This document shows, in pieces, positions 1-12,876 of a DNA stretch of 64,000 bases. The DNA comes from Octopus bimaculoides (lineage: Eukaryota), in NCBI RefSeq assembly GCF_001194135.2, contig NC_068997.1:56184303-56248302 (forward strand). Direction: 5' to 3'. The position numbers and the translations under genes are program-made. Position 1 is the first letter of the stretch. Every line of letters starts with the position of its first letter. Below the pieces are notes generated by a model, which saw only the letters and a list, made by a program, of their open reading frames with translations, searched no databases and was not told the DNA's origin.

Positions 1-26
1 GGAATATATATGTCTCTGTATATATA

Positions 27-311
27 CAATGGAACCTGGTTTTTGAATGTAATTCATACTTGAAGGCCATTCATCACCTGAAATGTCTGTAAACTGAAAC
101 TATTTTCCCCATTGGAGATTCAGGAAAATGCACAGTTAATTCAAGAAGGGACGTGCACTGAACACAAGCTAGACAGCAACTGATGCCCTCCTCCCACTGA
201 TTCTCCCAGTTTGTCACCGACTGTTCATTACTCAAGACAATGTTTGTCATTCAAGGCATTTTGTTTGGAAAATTGTTTGTAAACTGATTTGTTCATGATG
301 AGAGGTATTGT
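27..311. mobile_element. Tigger/pogo-type non-autonomous MITE relic
   Basis: Starts TA|CAATGGAACCTGGTTTTTGAATGTAATTC, resembling CAGTGGAACCTCGGTTTTCGAAC-type Tigger TIRs. The far end (GTTCATGATGAGAGGTATTG) is only a weak inverted match. No ORF. Confidence 0.4.
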
Positions 312-923
312 GTGTGTGTCTGTAATGTGTGCATGAGTAGATGATGGTGTGGGTGCTGGGAAGTGGTCAGTGCTAGTGTGTGCGGAGTGGTGTGATGTGG
401 TGGTGTATGGTGTGGTGTGGCGGTGTGGGGTGTGGGAATGTGAGGGTGGTATGTGGGTTTGGGGTAAGGATGTGGGGGTGGGGTGAAGATACATGTATAT
501 ACATTTATATGTATATATATATATGTAGATATACATGTATAGGTGTGTGTGTGTGCATACTTATATATACACCCATTATACCTCTATTATAACCTCAATA
601 ATCCATTGCCATCTAACATTGAACAGTTATTGCCAAAGTCCGTGTGTAGATAACAAATAGTAAATTTGTCTGTAAAAGAACAATATTTGCTTTAATTGTG
701 GTTAGAATGCAATGCTGGGATTCGTTTAAATCAATTCTATCCATTTTGGAAAATATCGAAATTGCTTTTCTTAGCAAATGATATACTTCGGTATTTCACT
801 GTCATAAGTTATTGTTTCCTGTAAGAATATGTTGAAATGGGTGATAAATATATCGCTATCAATGGAGATAGAAATGGCAGTGTAAGGTTATGAAAAGATG
901 GCATTTTATTGATGAGAAAACGA

Positions 924-1018
924 TGATAATAGAAATATCATTGCAGGTAAGCTAATAGAGGTTTGGAAGTGAGTAGTAGCCAAGATGAATGTCTGCCTTT
1001 CTCTGGCATCTACTGATA

Positions 1019-1067
<49 letters not shown>

Positions 1068-1340
1068 GAAAGGAGACTCTATTCAGTCACTTGACCCACA
1101 AGAAAATGCTGATAATAGAAATATTATTGCAAGTAGGCTAATAGAGATTTGGTACTGACCATTGGCTAAATATGTTGGTGTGATTGATAGTGTTAGCCTT
1201 AATGGAGGTCCTCATTTCTTTGTCACTTACTGATGCTACACATGTATACAATCATGCACACATGCATGCACATTAATGATAGAATTCTCTCTACAATCAC
1301 TTCATTTGTTAGAAAACAATGACAACAGAAATGTTGTGGA
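924..1340. repeat. Degenerate tandem repeat, about 2.1 units of 190-210 bp, with an internal (CA)n
   Basis: TGATAATAGAAATAT.ATTGCA.GTA.GCTAATAGAG.TTTGG recurs at about 925 and 1110; TACTGAT(A/G)CTACACA recurs at about 1011 and 1227; a third partial start lies at about 1320. Confidence 0.55.
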
Positions 1341-1479
1341 AGCAACAGTTTTCCCCAACTTAAGAGGCGGCCTTCTTCATGGCAAATTATTAACTAGCAT
1401 AAAATTCTATTGAACGTATTGTGTCGGCACTAATATAGAATAATATATTATTATCCTCATTTTATGTCTGTGCTTGGCA

Positions 1480-1665
1480 TAAGTTGGGTTTTCCGGTTTG
1501 ACACAATCGCAAGAGCTGAAGAATCATGGCTCACTCTAATGTCTCAGTGGTGGCCTAGTTTCTACAGCAGGATGCCCTTCCAACACTAACCATTTTACAG
1601 AATGCCATGGGTGCTTTTGTTTTTCATGGCACCAACATGAGTGTAGTTATCTGATGATTTGTAAG
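1480..1665 (-). mobile_element. SINE fragment (family C, octopus OK-like tail)
   Basis: Reverse complement of the family ending ...GCATCCAGCTGTAGAAAC...CATGCC, also seen at 18280-18565, 50340-50520 and 55480-55700. Confidence 0.6.
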
Positions 1666-1671
1666 TCTAAA

Positions 1672-3148
1672 GAATTCTGTACAGCCTTGTAGTTATTGTA
1701 TCTCTTCCAAAAGCCATGCAGTGTGATGGATTCATGAAGATCAGTTGCAGTTATTGCTTGCCACAGCGTATGCTTCATATAGTAACGCTTGAAGATAGCA
1801 ATTATTCCTTGATTCTTTGGCTGCAGAAGAGATGTGGTGTTTGGAGGGTGGTGTAAGACAGTAACGTTGGGCTCAAAATCTACAATGCTTTGGGGTGGCC
1901 AGGAGCATTATCTAAGATAAGTAAAACCTGAATAGGAATTCCCTACTCCTTACAGTAGTTTTCTGCAGCTAGGATAAAAGGATTAAAGAACCAATCTTCA
2001 AAAACAACAACAGTAACACATGCTTTTGAATTAGCCATCCATGTAATAGGGAGAGATGCTTTGGGTATGTTCTTCAGGGCATGGGAATTGTGTGCATGAT
2101 ACACAAGCAATGGCTTTAACTTAAAATCTCCTGTACAATTACCTCCCAACATAATGGTCACATGTTTTGTTGAAACATTGTAGCCTGGAATAGTTTTCTC
2201 CTCATTGGAAATGAATGAACGCTCTGGCAGTTTTTTTCCAATACAATTTCGTCTACATTTAAAATTTGTTCAGGAAGAAATTTGTTTTCTTCAATGATTT
2301 TCTTTAATACATTATGAAATTCCACTGCTGCTTGTTCGTCAGCTGTTTCTTAATGGAATGATAACTTCTTCGCTCGTTAAATCTCATGGACCATCCTTGA
2401 CTTGCCATTCTCATCTGGTTATTTTTTCTTCAGGTTCTTGAATGATTTCTTGACTAATCGTAGCACACTGATGATTCAACCTAACAATCCAAAAAGAAAG
2501 AAGACTTTTGCATTTCTTCAAAGATTTTGCCTCTTATTGATGACAGTGTTCTTCATCGTTGGGGATTCAGATTTGTGCTAAAACCTTGTCCTTATTATGT
2601 ACATTCGTCAATTCAGTTGTTCGACTCATCCCAAAAGATTGTGCCTTTTTCATCTTTTATCTTCCAGCGTTATAGCCTGAATTTTCTTAGGAGCCATGGG
2701 GGTAAAAAATAAAGTCACAAATGAATGAGAAAGTCACCAATAAACAGATGTAAACAAATCTAAATTCAAAACAATCGTGGGAATCATGAGTGATGACGAT
2801 GCCTAATGGTAGATATTGGAACAACAGTGCAATATGAGCTCCAAAAGACCAATAAGACAACACAGCTGATTTCGTGATTTCTTTCACTAAGCTACACTAC
2901 TTTATGGTGTGTACCTTAACATTTACTGTACATATTTTAATATCATTTTGTTTTTATTCATATTTATGGTACAGTTACATGATTTTATGTGTTTTTAATG
3001 GTCTTCTAGTGATTTTACGATTCCAATATTTGTGGTGGACGTACATAAAGTCGAGTAAAATGACTTGACTTGATTTTGATTTTTCCATATATTATTTTTG
3101 AAAACTGACGTATAATCGAAAATGACTTCTTAAGTCGAGGTATACCTG
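1672..3148 (-). mobile_element. Tigger/pogo DNA transposon, decayed and 3'-truncated
   Basis: 5' TIR CAGGTATACCTCGACTT at 3148-3132. Broken transposase frame from ATG 2697 (MAPKKIQAITLEDK) through LPEQILNVDE, GGNCTGDFKLKPLLVYH, FEDWF, LLILDNAPGHP and PPNTTSLLQPKNQGIIAIFKRYY. Multiple stops and frameshifts; the third catalytic D reads N (QPKNQG). Confidence 0.92.
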
Positions 3149-3169
3149 TGTATATATGTATATATATAA

Positions 3170-3215
<46 letters not shown>

Positions 3216-3876
3216 AGAGAGAGTGAGAGAGAGAGAGAGATAAACAGATAGAAAGAAAGAGGGATAGATAGCTATGTTCATATATGTTTGTGCATGTGTC
3301 CATGTGTGTGCATACGTTTATGTGTGTGTGAGAAACAGGTGAGTCCTGACAACAAGAAAAATTTGTAGCCATTAAAACTCTGCTTCACAATCATTTCCTG
3401 GCCAAGCCATATGTGTATGGAAAATCAGACGTTAAACAACAAAGCAATGAAGGAAGAAATATTATTGAAACTGTAAAGCTTTGTATAAATAATTCCACAA
3501 ACATAACAACATTAACATATTAATTCTATACCAGTCGACTTAATAAATACAGCACCCTATGACTTACACAGTACATTCTGCTGGTTATTTTCGTTCCGAA
3601 CATTATACAACCATATTTCATAGATAAAATGCTTTTCTTTCTGTTAAATCTAATTAGATAATGTTATTTATTTACCCTGAGGCCATGAAAATACTATTTT
3701 TTCTCTCTTTCAATGGTAACATACCTGAAGTTGGCAAAGAATAAAGGAATGTTCTTTTGTTGAAGAATATCAGAATAGAATGCACTTTCAGCAGATGTTT
3801 CTTTATTTCTGTTACGCATTAGTGTTAGCTTGATTACCAAACCACCTTTCTCAAAGAATCATACACACATACACAC

Positions 3877-3922
<46 letters not shown>

Positions 3923-4892
3923 TTATGTATATATACACACATATGTATATATACATATATGTATATATACATATATGTGTGATTATTATATGTGTGATTA
4001 ATATATAATTGTGTATTTGAGTATATATATATATATTTATTTATATAAACACACACACATGTATACATATATATATGTATATATCAGTATATATCTGTGT
4101 GTCTGTGTGTAAAAGGATGTTGCATTCATGCTTATAAGCTTATGAATAATTCTACAAAGAAAAAATGAAAAATAAAGAAAAGAAAAAAGTAATAATAATA
4201 GTGGTAAAAATTTATGGAATTCTTGAAATGTAAATATAAAAGTTGCAAGGAATTTGTTTTCCATGTGAGATGTAGAACAATCTCTTCTGGAATCAATAAG
4301 TAAATATGCTAAATTGTCTATGAAATTCTCCTTTGAGTGCATTAGAGAAATAAAAAGAGAGGCGATGTATGTGAATCCATGAAAGAAATATCATTTAATG
4401 TGAATGAAAAGGGAGGATGAAAAACTGCAGGGAATTGGTGGCAGAAAGAATTGGTGGCAAGAAAGAATTTGTGAAGTAGAATTAGATCAGAAAACATTGG
4501 ACTTTGCAGATGAAATAACAACAGAACCGAGAAGAGGCATGGAGAAAGGCTTTGGTGTAAGATCTTTCTGATGAGTGCTAAGTTGCCACTTCTGCTGCTG
4601 CTGCTGATGGTGATGGTGATGACGATGTCAGCAATGGTTAGTAATGATGATGATGATGATGATAATGATGGCAGCATTGATAATAATAATGATGATGATG
4701 ATGATGCTGATGGTGATGATGGGAGTTCAGTTGATTAGGTTTTAGAAGAAACCTTTCTGAAGATGATACACAGTTCATCGACTTTATTGGGGAAGATATT
4801 TACATACATATAGATATGCATGCACAACACATGCACACATGCACACACGCATACGCACATGCATGCACACACACATACACATGCACACACGC

Positions 4893-5577
4893 TTCTTAGG
4901 TTCAACTTTTCTCTCAAGGTACTTACATTCTGTCGAGTATGCACACTGACATTACATATCCATCGGAGCATACTGGCTTCATTACTTGCGAGCTTATGCA
5001 TGTCCTCAGCAGTCACAGGCCATGTTTCACTGCCATGTAGCATGGCTGTTCGTACACATGTGTCATACAGTTTGCCTTTTACTCTGAGTGAGTGGCCCTT
5101 TGTCACCAGCAGAGGTAAGAGCTCTCTGAATTTTGCCCAGGCTATTCTTATTCTAGCAGCTACACTTTCAGTGCACCCTCCCCCACTACTAACTTGGTCA
5201 TCTAGATAGTGGAAGCTATCAACTATGTCTAGTTTTTCTCCCTGGAATGTGGCAGAAGTTGTTTTCTGCACATTTACAGCGTTTATTGCTCCTGAACATC
5301 TGCCACATACAAAAACTAACTTCCTAGTTGACCTTTCTTTGATATTGCTGCACCTCTTATGTGTCCATAGCTTGCACTGGGTACATCTTATAGAGTTTCG
5401 ACCTACGCCTTTTCTACAGATTGAGCAGGGCCATCTACCTGAAAGGGTTTGTGTTTTTGCTACCTTCCTAGATATTAGGACTTTGGTTTTAGCTAGGTTG
5501 ACTCTAAGGCCCTTCGATTCTAGTCCTTTCTTCCACACCTGAAACTTCTCCTCTAGTTCTGATAGTAACTCAGCAAT
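4893..5577 (-). mobile_element. RTE-clade LINE fragment (RT C-terminal part with PHD-type zinc finger)
   Basis: Open frame [34 protein letters not shown]...CSIC...CTQC...HKRC...CGRC...DSFHYLDDQVSSGGGC...RIRIAWAKFRELLPLL...MLHGSETW...MLRWICNV, typical of RTE ORF2 downstream of YADD. It runs into (TG)n at 4892. Confidence 0.92.
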
Positions 5578-5581
5578 TACA

Positions 5582-5732
5582 CCTGAGGGTAACATTACAC
5601 TTGAGGCTAACATTGCACTTGAGATTGTCATTATACTTGAGGTTAACATGTAAATCACTTGAGGGTGATGTTGTACTTGAGGTTAGCACAACATTTTATG
5701 ATAACATTACACTTGAGAGTAACAGTGCACCT
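5582..5732. repeat. Degenerate 18-bp minisatellite (GAGGGTAACATTACACTT-like, about 8 units)
   Basis: The CTTGAG anchor recurs at roughly 18-nt spacing: gagggtaacattacactt/gaggctaacattgcactt/gagattgtcattatactt... Confidence 0.8.
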
Positions 5733-7204
5733 AAAAAAAAATTTTGTGATTTAGTCAGAGAAGAAAGAGTCCAGCTTAGGGGTAATTTGTAGAACTTTCC
5801 ATGAAGTGTAGAGGAAGAAATCATGACCTTTGAGATATCAAACAAAAAACTTGGTACAAACCTGTGCAACAGAGCAGATTCTTCTGAATGCTTCCATATG
5901 GTATCTATCGATATTGGTTTGGAATTGTGTGTCCAAAGATTGTTGATGCATTTCAATTCTTCACCAATATTTGAACTGATGCCCTGACAGACTTTCTGAG
6001 TGACTGAATTTGCCAAAGTTTGCTATTTGTTTGGAAATTCCATAATTAAGAACACTCATGTATAAAACCTTCTACTGATAAAAAGAATTGAGTCAAGTTA
6101 ATATAAAATAAATTTTAATATTTACACTTTGAAGAAGATAAAATTGCTATCTTGGAGCATAATTCATTCTTTACAATATTTTGTTTGTGAAAAGAATTCA
6201 ATTTATCAGAACAAATATATTGATAGTCCCTTAAGAGACGGCACATCAATAATCTCTTACTTCAAAAAGATTGTAATTCTAGGCTTCAAAAGAATTGGTT
6301 CTATTGATAGAAGAATCACTAGAATAATGTGGAGAGTTTAGAAAACATTGTCTTAATTATTCTAATTCTTGCTTCGTTGGTGACCTTTGCCCTGAAACCA
6401 AAGTAAATATCTAATGACAATTAGCCCTTGATAAAGATCAGTTAGAGTGATGAATGTTTCTTGTACTTCAAACTGTCATGTTGTATATTACAGTACAATA
6501 GGTCAGATGATGCAAAGAATGACCAGGGAAACAATACTCAGGGACTCCTGCTGTATGGAGACTTAACAATAATGTAGGTGCTAGTATATTTCATGCAGTA
6601 TGCAAATAAATCTAAATTAAATTTACACCTTTGGTAATTAGAGCCAAATTACTTAAACGACAAATTTTGATCATAAAAAGGTAAAGGAGACAACTTCCAA
6701 ATGTTAATTAATTAAATTAATTAGATATCAAATGCAGTGGGGAATAAAACTGATTAATTTTGATTAATTAAAACTCCAGGGTTGTCCTCTCTGCCTGTTT
6801 TTCTTTTATAGTAATCATGCAGTTATAGAGTTATTGTTTCCATCACTGAGGCTGTAATGAAATTACTTGGTTTACCACGTCACATTAGTTCCCACTTTAC
6901 CATTTGAACATCATACGACAAGCCAACCCCAAGTAATAATCCCACTGCATTTCCATTTACAAAAGCCTTTGCACTTGTCCACTAGTTTAAAGTAACAATT
7001 CAACTGTGTTTCACAGAGGAGGTCGAATGGAAAGGAAACAAAACAGCCACATCTGTCACCATGTTGCCAAAAATCACACTCACCACTGTACTCAATATTT
7101 AATTAATTCTAAGCCCACCCACCCTGCCTGATTTTCTCCAGAAATAATTAGTTATATAACGATAGACCTAATTATTATTACAAAAACTAAAACTGCAAAC
7201 TGGC

Positions 7205-7410
7205 AAAACCATTCGGAAGTTAAACAAAATATAGTGCAACGTTTTTCCAGTTCTTTACACACCGAGTTCAAATCCTGCTGAGGTCAGCTTTCCCTTTCCT
7301 CCTTCTGTGACCTTGAAAATATAGTACCAGTCAAATACTGGGGTCATTGTAAAAGACTAATCCCTCGCCCCCACAAAAGTGCTGACTTTGCACGAAAATT
7401 AGAAAATATT
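7205..7410 (+). mobile_element. SINE family B (tRNA-related head, GAGTTCAAAT...GAGGTC.ACTTTGCC...AAGTACCAGT)
   Basis: Shares GAGTTCAAATCC.GC.GAGGTC..CTTT.CCTTTC and GTACCAGT...CTGGGGTC with copies at 11575, 38880, 40105, 45905 and 58115. Confidence 0.75.
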
Positions 7411-7912
7411 AAAGGTTTAACTTCAAGAAATCACCCTCACATACCATTATATTATTCTATAATTAATATTGTTTCCCCCACCCCCCGTCAGCCTCTTTTT
7501 GACCAGAAATAATTATTTATGTAGTGATGGATCTCTTTATTAAAGGTGTAACTCTAATTACTGCAGTTCCTAGCATCACCACATTAAGTCTCCAAGAATC
7601 CACTTCAGTGGTTATGTGATGCAAAGAGTTTCTTCTGCTTGATTAGATCAGAAGAATTTCCCAAAAAGGAAACAAACAAAATTTATGAAGTGTCATCTTT
7701 CTTTTCCTTTTTTTTCATTGAGTCATTGAAAGACTTTCTTAACCACAGATGTGTAATAATTAAATTTGGTTTAATTGGTTAATGCAGTTAGGAAGAGGTC
7801 ATTGAACTCAAAATGTATGCATTGTTCCTGTCACATTTTAAGAAGCCCTGCGTTCATTCACACACACAAGCTAATAAATATGTGCGTCTGCGTGTGTGTA
7901 AGTACGTATGTG

Positions 7913-7954
<42 letters not shown>

Positions 7955-8060
7955 TATTTATATTATATTATTTAATACGTAGATATATATATACATCCAG
8001 TATGGTCACAATTGTTAAATGATGCTGTTGCTGATGGTGTGTGTGTGTGTGTATATAATG

Positions 8061-8462
8061 TGCAGGCATGGTTGTGAAGTAAGAAATTGGTTTCCCAGCC
8101 ACATGGTTCTGGGTTCAGTCCCACTCTGTAGCACATTGGCTTAGGCAAGTGTCTTCTACTATAACCTCACGCTGACCAAAACCTTGTGAGGATATTTGGT
8201 AGGCAGAAACTGAAAGAAGCCCATTGTATATATCTATGTATATGTGACTTAGTATCTGTGTTTGACTCCCACCACTGCTTGACAACTGGTGTTGCTGTAT
8301 TTATGTCCCCGTAATTTAGCGGCTCAGCAAAAGCGAACAATAAAATAAGTACTAGGCTTAAAAATAAGAATAAATTTTGGGGTTGATTTGTTCCACTAAA
8401 ATTCCCCAAAGTGGTGCCCCAGCATGGCCACAGTCTAATGACTGAAACAAACAAAAGATAAA
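8061..8462 (+). mobile_element. SINE family A (about 400 bp, tRNA-like head, internal TA/TG microsatellite)
   Basis: Collinear with the near-consensus copy at 63434-63828 (GGTTCAGTCCCACTG, GCAAGTGTCTTCTACTATAG, GAAACTGAAAGAAGCCC, CCAGCATGGCC.CAGTC..ATGACTGAAACAA). Confidence 0.85.
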
Positions 8463-8613
8463 AGAAATGTTTAGAATATTCCTTAACATTTATCCTTTGT
8501 AATATTAAGAAGACTGGGTGCCTGGTTTTACTTGATCCTGTGGTCCCAGATGACTATGGCTCTCAACAGGTTTATTAACAAAAATGCTTTTCTTACAAAC
8601 AACATAGAGATAT

Positions 8614-8692
8614 ATCTCTCTTTCTTTCCCATTCTGTCTCTCTTTCTTTCCCATTCTGTCTCTCTTTCTTTCCCATACTGTCTCTCTTTCTC
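8614..8692. repeat. 22-bp tandem repeat (TCTCTCTTTCTTTCCCATTCTG), about 3.4 copies
   Basis: Directly visible; near-identical units. Confidence 0.85.
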
Positions 8693-9484
8693 TGTTACAG
8701 TTGCATAACAAGAAAGATATATGCAAATACAGCAGAAGAGATGAGAAATTGTATCTATGAGAAATACTTGTTATTTAATTCTAAATAACCAAGTGACATG
8801 TACTGAATCTTCGAACATTTGATAAACAGACTTAACGCTAGAGAATGGCAGGAACAAATTTAAAGCCACCAAAAATGGTTAGGAACGACATGATGTTTAA
8901 GTATGTGAAAGGTTGTTAGATATATAAGTGAAAGTAGAGGGTGAGAGAGTTTAGATTAATCAAAGAAAATGTATTAGGTGACAGACTTGGAAAACAAGTC
9001 TGGGAATAAAGTGTTAATTAAAGAAACTATATCTGATAGGAAAACTAGGAAACAAACAGAGGGAAAAAATTGGATAAAGAATAAAGTATGTGATTTGGTG
9101 CAACAGGGGAGTGTGAGTGAGATAGACTGTGGTTTTGTGTTCGATAATCTGTGTGTGTGAAAGAGAGAAATGTGATGCGTGTGGTGTGTGTTGTGTATCA
9201 TATCGTGTGTGTATGTGTGTTTGTGCAGAAATGATTGGCCAGTTATTGTGTGCGTGTATATGGGGAAATTCTAAATTTGTATAGAAATATGTCTAGGCCA
9301 CAAAAATACCTCTATGTGTGCATGTGTGTGTATATATGTATATATATGTATCTGTGTGTGTATGTGTATATATATATTCATACACACACACTAACATATA
9401 TGTGTGTTTATGTATGTGTATATAGATATGTATATATATATGTATGTGTATATATACATGTATATATATGTATGTGTATATATA

Positions 9485-9547
<63 letters not shown>

Positions 9548-10422
9548 ATGTAGATAAATAGTGACATATTTAAAGAGTCTCATAAATATGTGTGTATATT
9601 TGTGTCAAAATATTCATAGAAAGTGAGTCTGTGCGAATGTGCTTTTGTAGAAGAAGTACAAGTATACCATGTAGTGTATACACTTGTGTATACATTTATA
9701 TCTGTGTGCTTTAAGGATTTTGTCTGTTTTGTTTTTTTAAATATTGTGGGGTTTTTTAACATTTTGATGCATCTGCTTGTGCACATCAGATAATATATGT
9801 AAATTGTGTGTACATCCACATGTACGTATTTAAGCATGCATGCATGTATCCACCTGTGTATGTATACATGTACGTATGTATGCATATATGTATTTAAGCA
9901 TGCATTTATGCATTTATATGTGCATGTGTATGTATGAAAATGTGTCCGTATGCATGTGTCAAGGCATGTAGATATACGTATCACTAGTTATTTTATGTAT
10001 GTAGGCATGTTAGCACGTGTTTGTGTACATATACACACACGTATGAATATATATATATATACACACATGCATACACATATCTTCATTTATGTTGAACAGG
10101 TTTTTGCATGTGCGTTGAACAAATGAAGATTTGCTTTATAAGTTTACACAAATAGAATAAAGAAAATAAAAATGAAATTAGAACAAAAAAAGCAAAAAAA
10201 AAAGGGAAACAAAAAGACAAAAATATTTTTATATTTATATTTTTTAGAAACATTTTTTTCCTCCTGAAAAACTAATTTTTTTCTGCTACTAATATGATTT
10301 CTTTGCAGTATCTCCTGAATCTGGTTTCATGTTGTATCTTTTAGACTTTTATCTCATTTGATAACATCAAGCAACAAAATCAGGAAGATATACATACATA
10401 TATGTTTATATGTATATGTGTA

Positions 10423-10460
<38 letters not shown>

Positions 10461-10750
10461 TACATATATTCATATAAGTCTGTATATGTGTATGTATGTG
10501 TGTGTGTGTCTACATATATGCATATAAGTCTGTATATATGTATGTCTATATATATGCGTGTGTGTTATTTAAGAATAGATTCAACATACGCACATACAGA
10601 GAGAGGGAGAGGGAGAGAGAGAGAGAGAGAGAAGGAGAGCATCATCTGTGGGTATTTCTGTGGGAACTTCACAACTGGTTGAATGAAAACCAAGCAAACA
10701 AGAGAAGATATTAGCAAAAGATGAACAAATTAAAACAACAACAACAACAA

Positions 10751-10781
<31 letters not shown>

Positions 10782-10995
10782 AATTAGCACCATCACAACA
10801 ACAACAACAATAATTACAAACTACAAGGAGATAACATTATCATATTGCAGTAGAATTGTAAATAATCAATGTGAGATTCAATCATTCTCATTGTTTAAAC
10901 AATCCTAAATTACTTAATCTATTGGCAACGATGTAATATGAACAGGGAGCTGGGTGGGACAACACCATACATAATGTCCTTAGAGTTTTTTATTT

Positions 10996-11044
<49 letters not shown>

Positions 11045-11045
<1 letters not shown>

Positions 11046-11550
11046 TATTATTGAAGACACTGCACAGTATCCGATATCATGATGCTGATTGAAAATATTG
11101 TGTGTACCGAGGGTGAAGTCCTAACAAGGACCTCAAACACAAAGTCCTTCACGCAGTATGTTTGCAGTTCCTAGCAGAGCCAATTTCTGCAATACAATAA
11201 CATTGTAGGGTATTTCTAAAGTTTCCAGATGTTTCTTCAAGCTGGGTGGTACTGAACCCAATGTTCCGCTTACAATAGGGACAACCTTTATGTTCGACTC
11301 TCGTAGCTGCCACATCTTTGCAATCTCAATTCTCAGCTCTCTATATTTATCACTCTTTTGACTTTCTTTCATGATAATATATTGATTTCCTGGCACTTTT
11401 TCGTCGATTATCAAGCACTCTTGTTTGTCCCTCCTAAAGGTTACTATATCCGGCCTTTGGTGCTCTATTACCTTGTCAGTCTGGAAGTCAAAGACCCAGA
11501 GGATTTTTGCCTTCCCTTATCGTCCATTACCTTTTCTGGTGTATGTTGGT
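11045..11550 (-). mobile_element. Dong/R4-clade non-LTR retrotransposon 3' fragment (restriction-like endonuclease domain and 3' UTR)
   Basis: Frame KAKILWVFDFQTDKVIEHQRPDIVTFRRDKQECLIIDEKVPG...KSDKYRELRIEIAKMW...VVPIVSGTLG...LQKLALLGTANILR, stop at 11133. This is a PD-(D/E)xK RLE. The fragment is flanked by (TAA)n/(TGA)n tracts. Confidence 0.88.
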
Positions 11551-11574
11551 TATTATTATTATTATTATTATCAT

Positions 11575-11792
11575 TAAGGTGGTGAGCTGGCAGAATTGTT
11601 AGCATGCTGAGCAAAATGCTTAGTGGTATTTTGTCCATCTTTATGTTCTGAGTTCAAATTCCACCAAGATCAACTCTGCTTTTTAGCCTTCTTTTAGGGG
11701 CGGGATGTCAATAAAATAAGTACCAGTTGGAGTCAATGTTATCAACTTGTCCCCTTCCCTGAACTTTCTGGCCTTGTGCCAAACTTTGAAAC
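11575..11792 (+). mobile_element. SINE family B
   Basis: GAGCTGGCAGAATTGTTAGCATGCTGAGCAAAATGCTTAG...GAGTTCAAATTCCACC...CTGGCCTTGTGCCAAACTTTGAAA. Confidence 0.8.
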
Positions 11793-11843
<51 letters not shown>

Positions 11844-11844
11844 T

Positions 11845-12135
11845 ATACACACAACAGATTAGAGTGTTGGAAAAGAAAAAAATCCTAACATTGGGCTACA
11901 ACAAGTAACCTTAGATGCCAAGAACCCTCCTAAGTATCCTTGCTGCCCCTAATAACACTGTTTTTTTGCAGCTGTACTAAACTGGGTTTTCTGCTTATTT
12001 CCTCTGTCCATCTGTTCAAATCTTTAGGGATAATTCTTAATGCACCTATAGCTACTGGGATACATTTTACCCACACTTTCCATACCCTCTGTAATTCAAT
12101 AGCTAGGTTCTGGTACTTTATTTTTATTTTCCTAT
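11845..12135 (-). mobile_element. Second Dong/R4-type RLE fragment (different subfamily)
   Basis: KIKYQNLAIELQRVWKVWVKCIPVAIGALRIIPKDLNRWTEEI...SLVQLQK is homologous to the RLE C-terminus at 11133-11350 but clearly diverged from it. (TAA)n on both sides. Confidence 0.8.
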
Positions 12136-12876
12136 TTTTATTATTATCATTATTGTTGCTATTATTATTATGAAGTGGCATGCTGGCAAAGTTGTTAGAG
12201 TGTTGGACAGAAATACTTTCTGACATTTCTCCCAGCAGTTTTATATACAGCAGTCATTGCATTCTTCCTACTCTTCATATAATATCTTAGTGCCTTCAGC
12301 AGAAAATCAATATTTTGGGGTCCTGGAAACTGGAATTCGCTAGAATGGTAGCATGCAAGACAAATGGAGAAATGAGTATATTGTGCCACAACTCTGAGTT
12401 TGACTTACATCATTCTGATATCAAAGAATATAGAAATTCTTTACCAGGAAAACTAAGGTGGAATTGGTGAGAGGAAGAGCATCTCACAAATATTTCCTCA
12501 AAATCAATTCCTTCTGAGTCATTCTAACAGGGACAAACAGACACTAAATAATCAAATGAACAAACGATTCTATCTATCTATTTGTCTGTCTGTGTGTATG
12601 TATGTCTGTTTGTCTGTATGTCTGTCTGTATGTATGTGTGCTTATGTATGTATATATGTGTGCATGCATGCATGTATGTATGCATATATGTATGTATTTA
12701 TGTATGTATGTATTCTTGTGTGTGTATTATATACATATATGGAGTAAATGGTAGATAATGTAGGCCATTACAAATCGAAATTTCTCTCAGGTAACTCAAG
12801 TACTCAAGTAAAATAATTTGTTAGATTTAAACATTTTTTTCAAATTTTATTATTGTTATTTTTTTTTTTTTTTTTT

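Noticed and set aside
3568-3805. Two minus-strand exon candidates with GTATGT and GTAAGT donors
   Set aside because: Acceptors are weak, the implied intron is only about 80 nt, and the peptides are unrecognisable. Such donors are expected many times by chance in 64 kb.
4756-4790. CTGAAGATGATACACAGTTCATCGAC as a hammerhead
   Set aside because: There is no GAAA and stem II is only partly paired. It is at best an unrecoverable relic.
4735-5658. 307-aa ORF as a host gene
   Set aside because: It is a chimera of minisatellite, RTE fragment and (TG)n read-through. It lacks the YADD motif and a real start.
5582-5732. Regularly spaced repeats as a CRISPR-like array
   Set aside because: They are contiguous degenerate 18-mers with no unique spacers, in a eukaryotic context with no cas genes.
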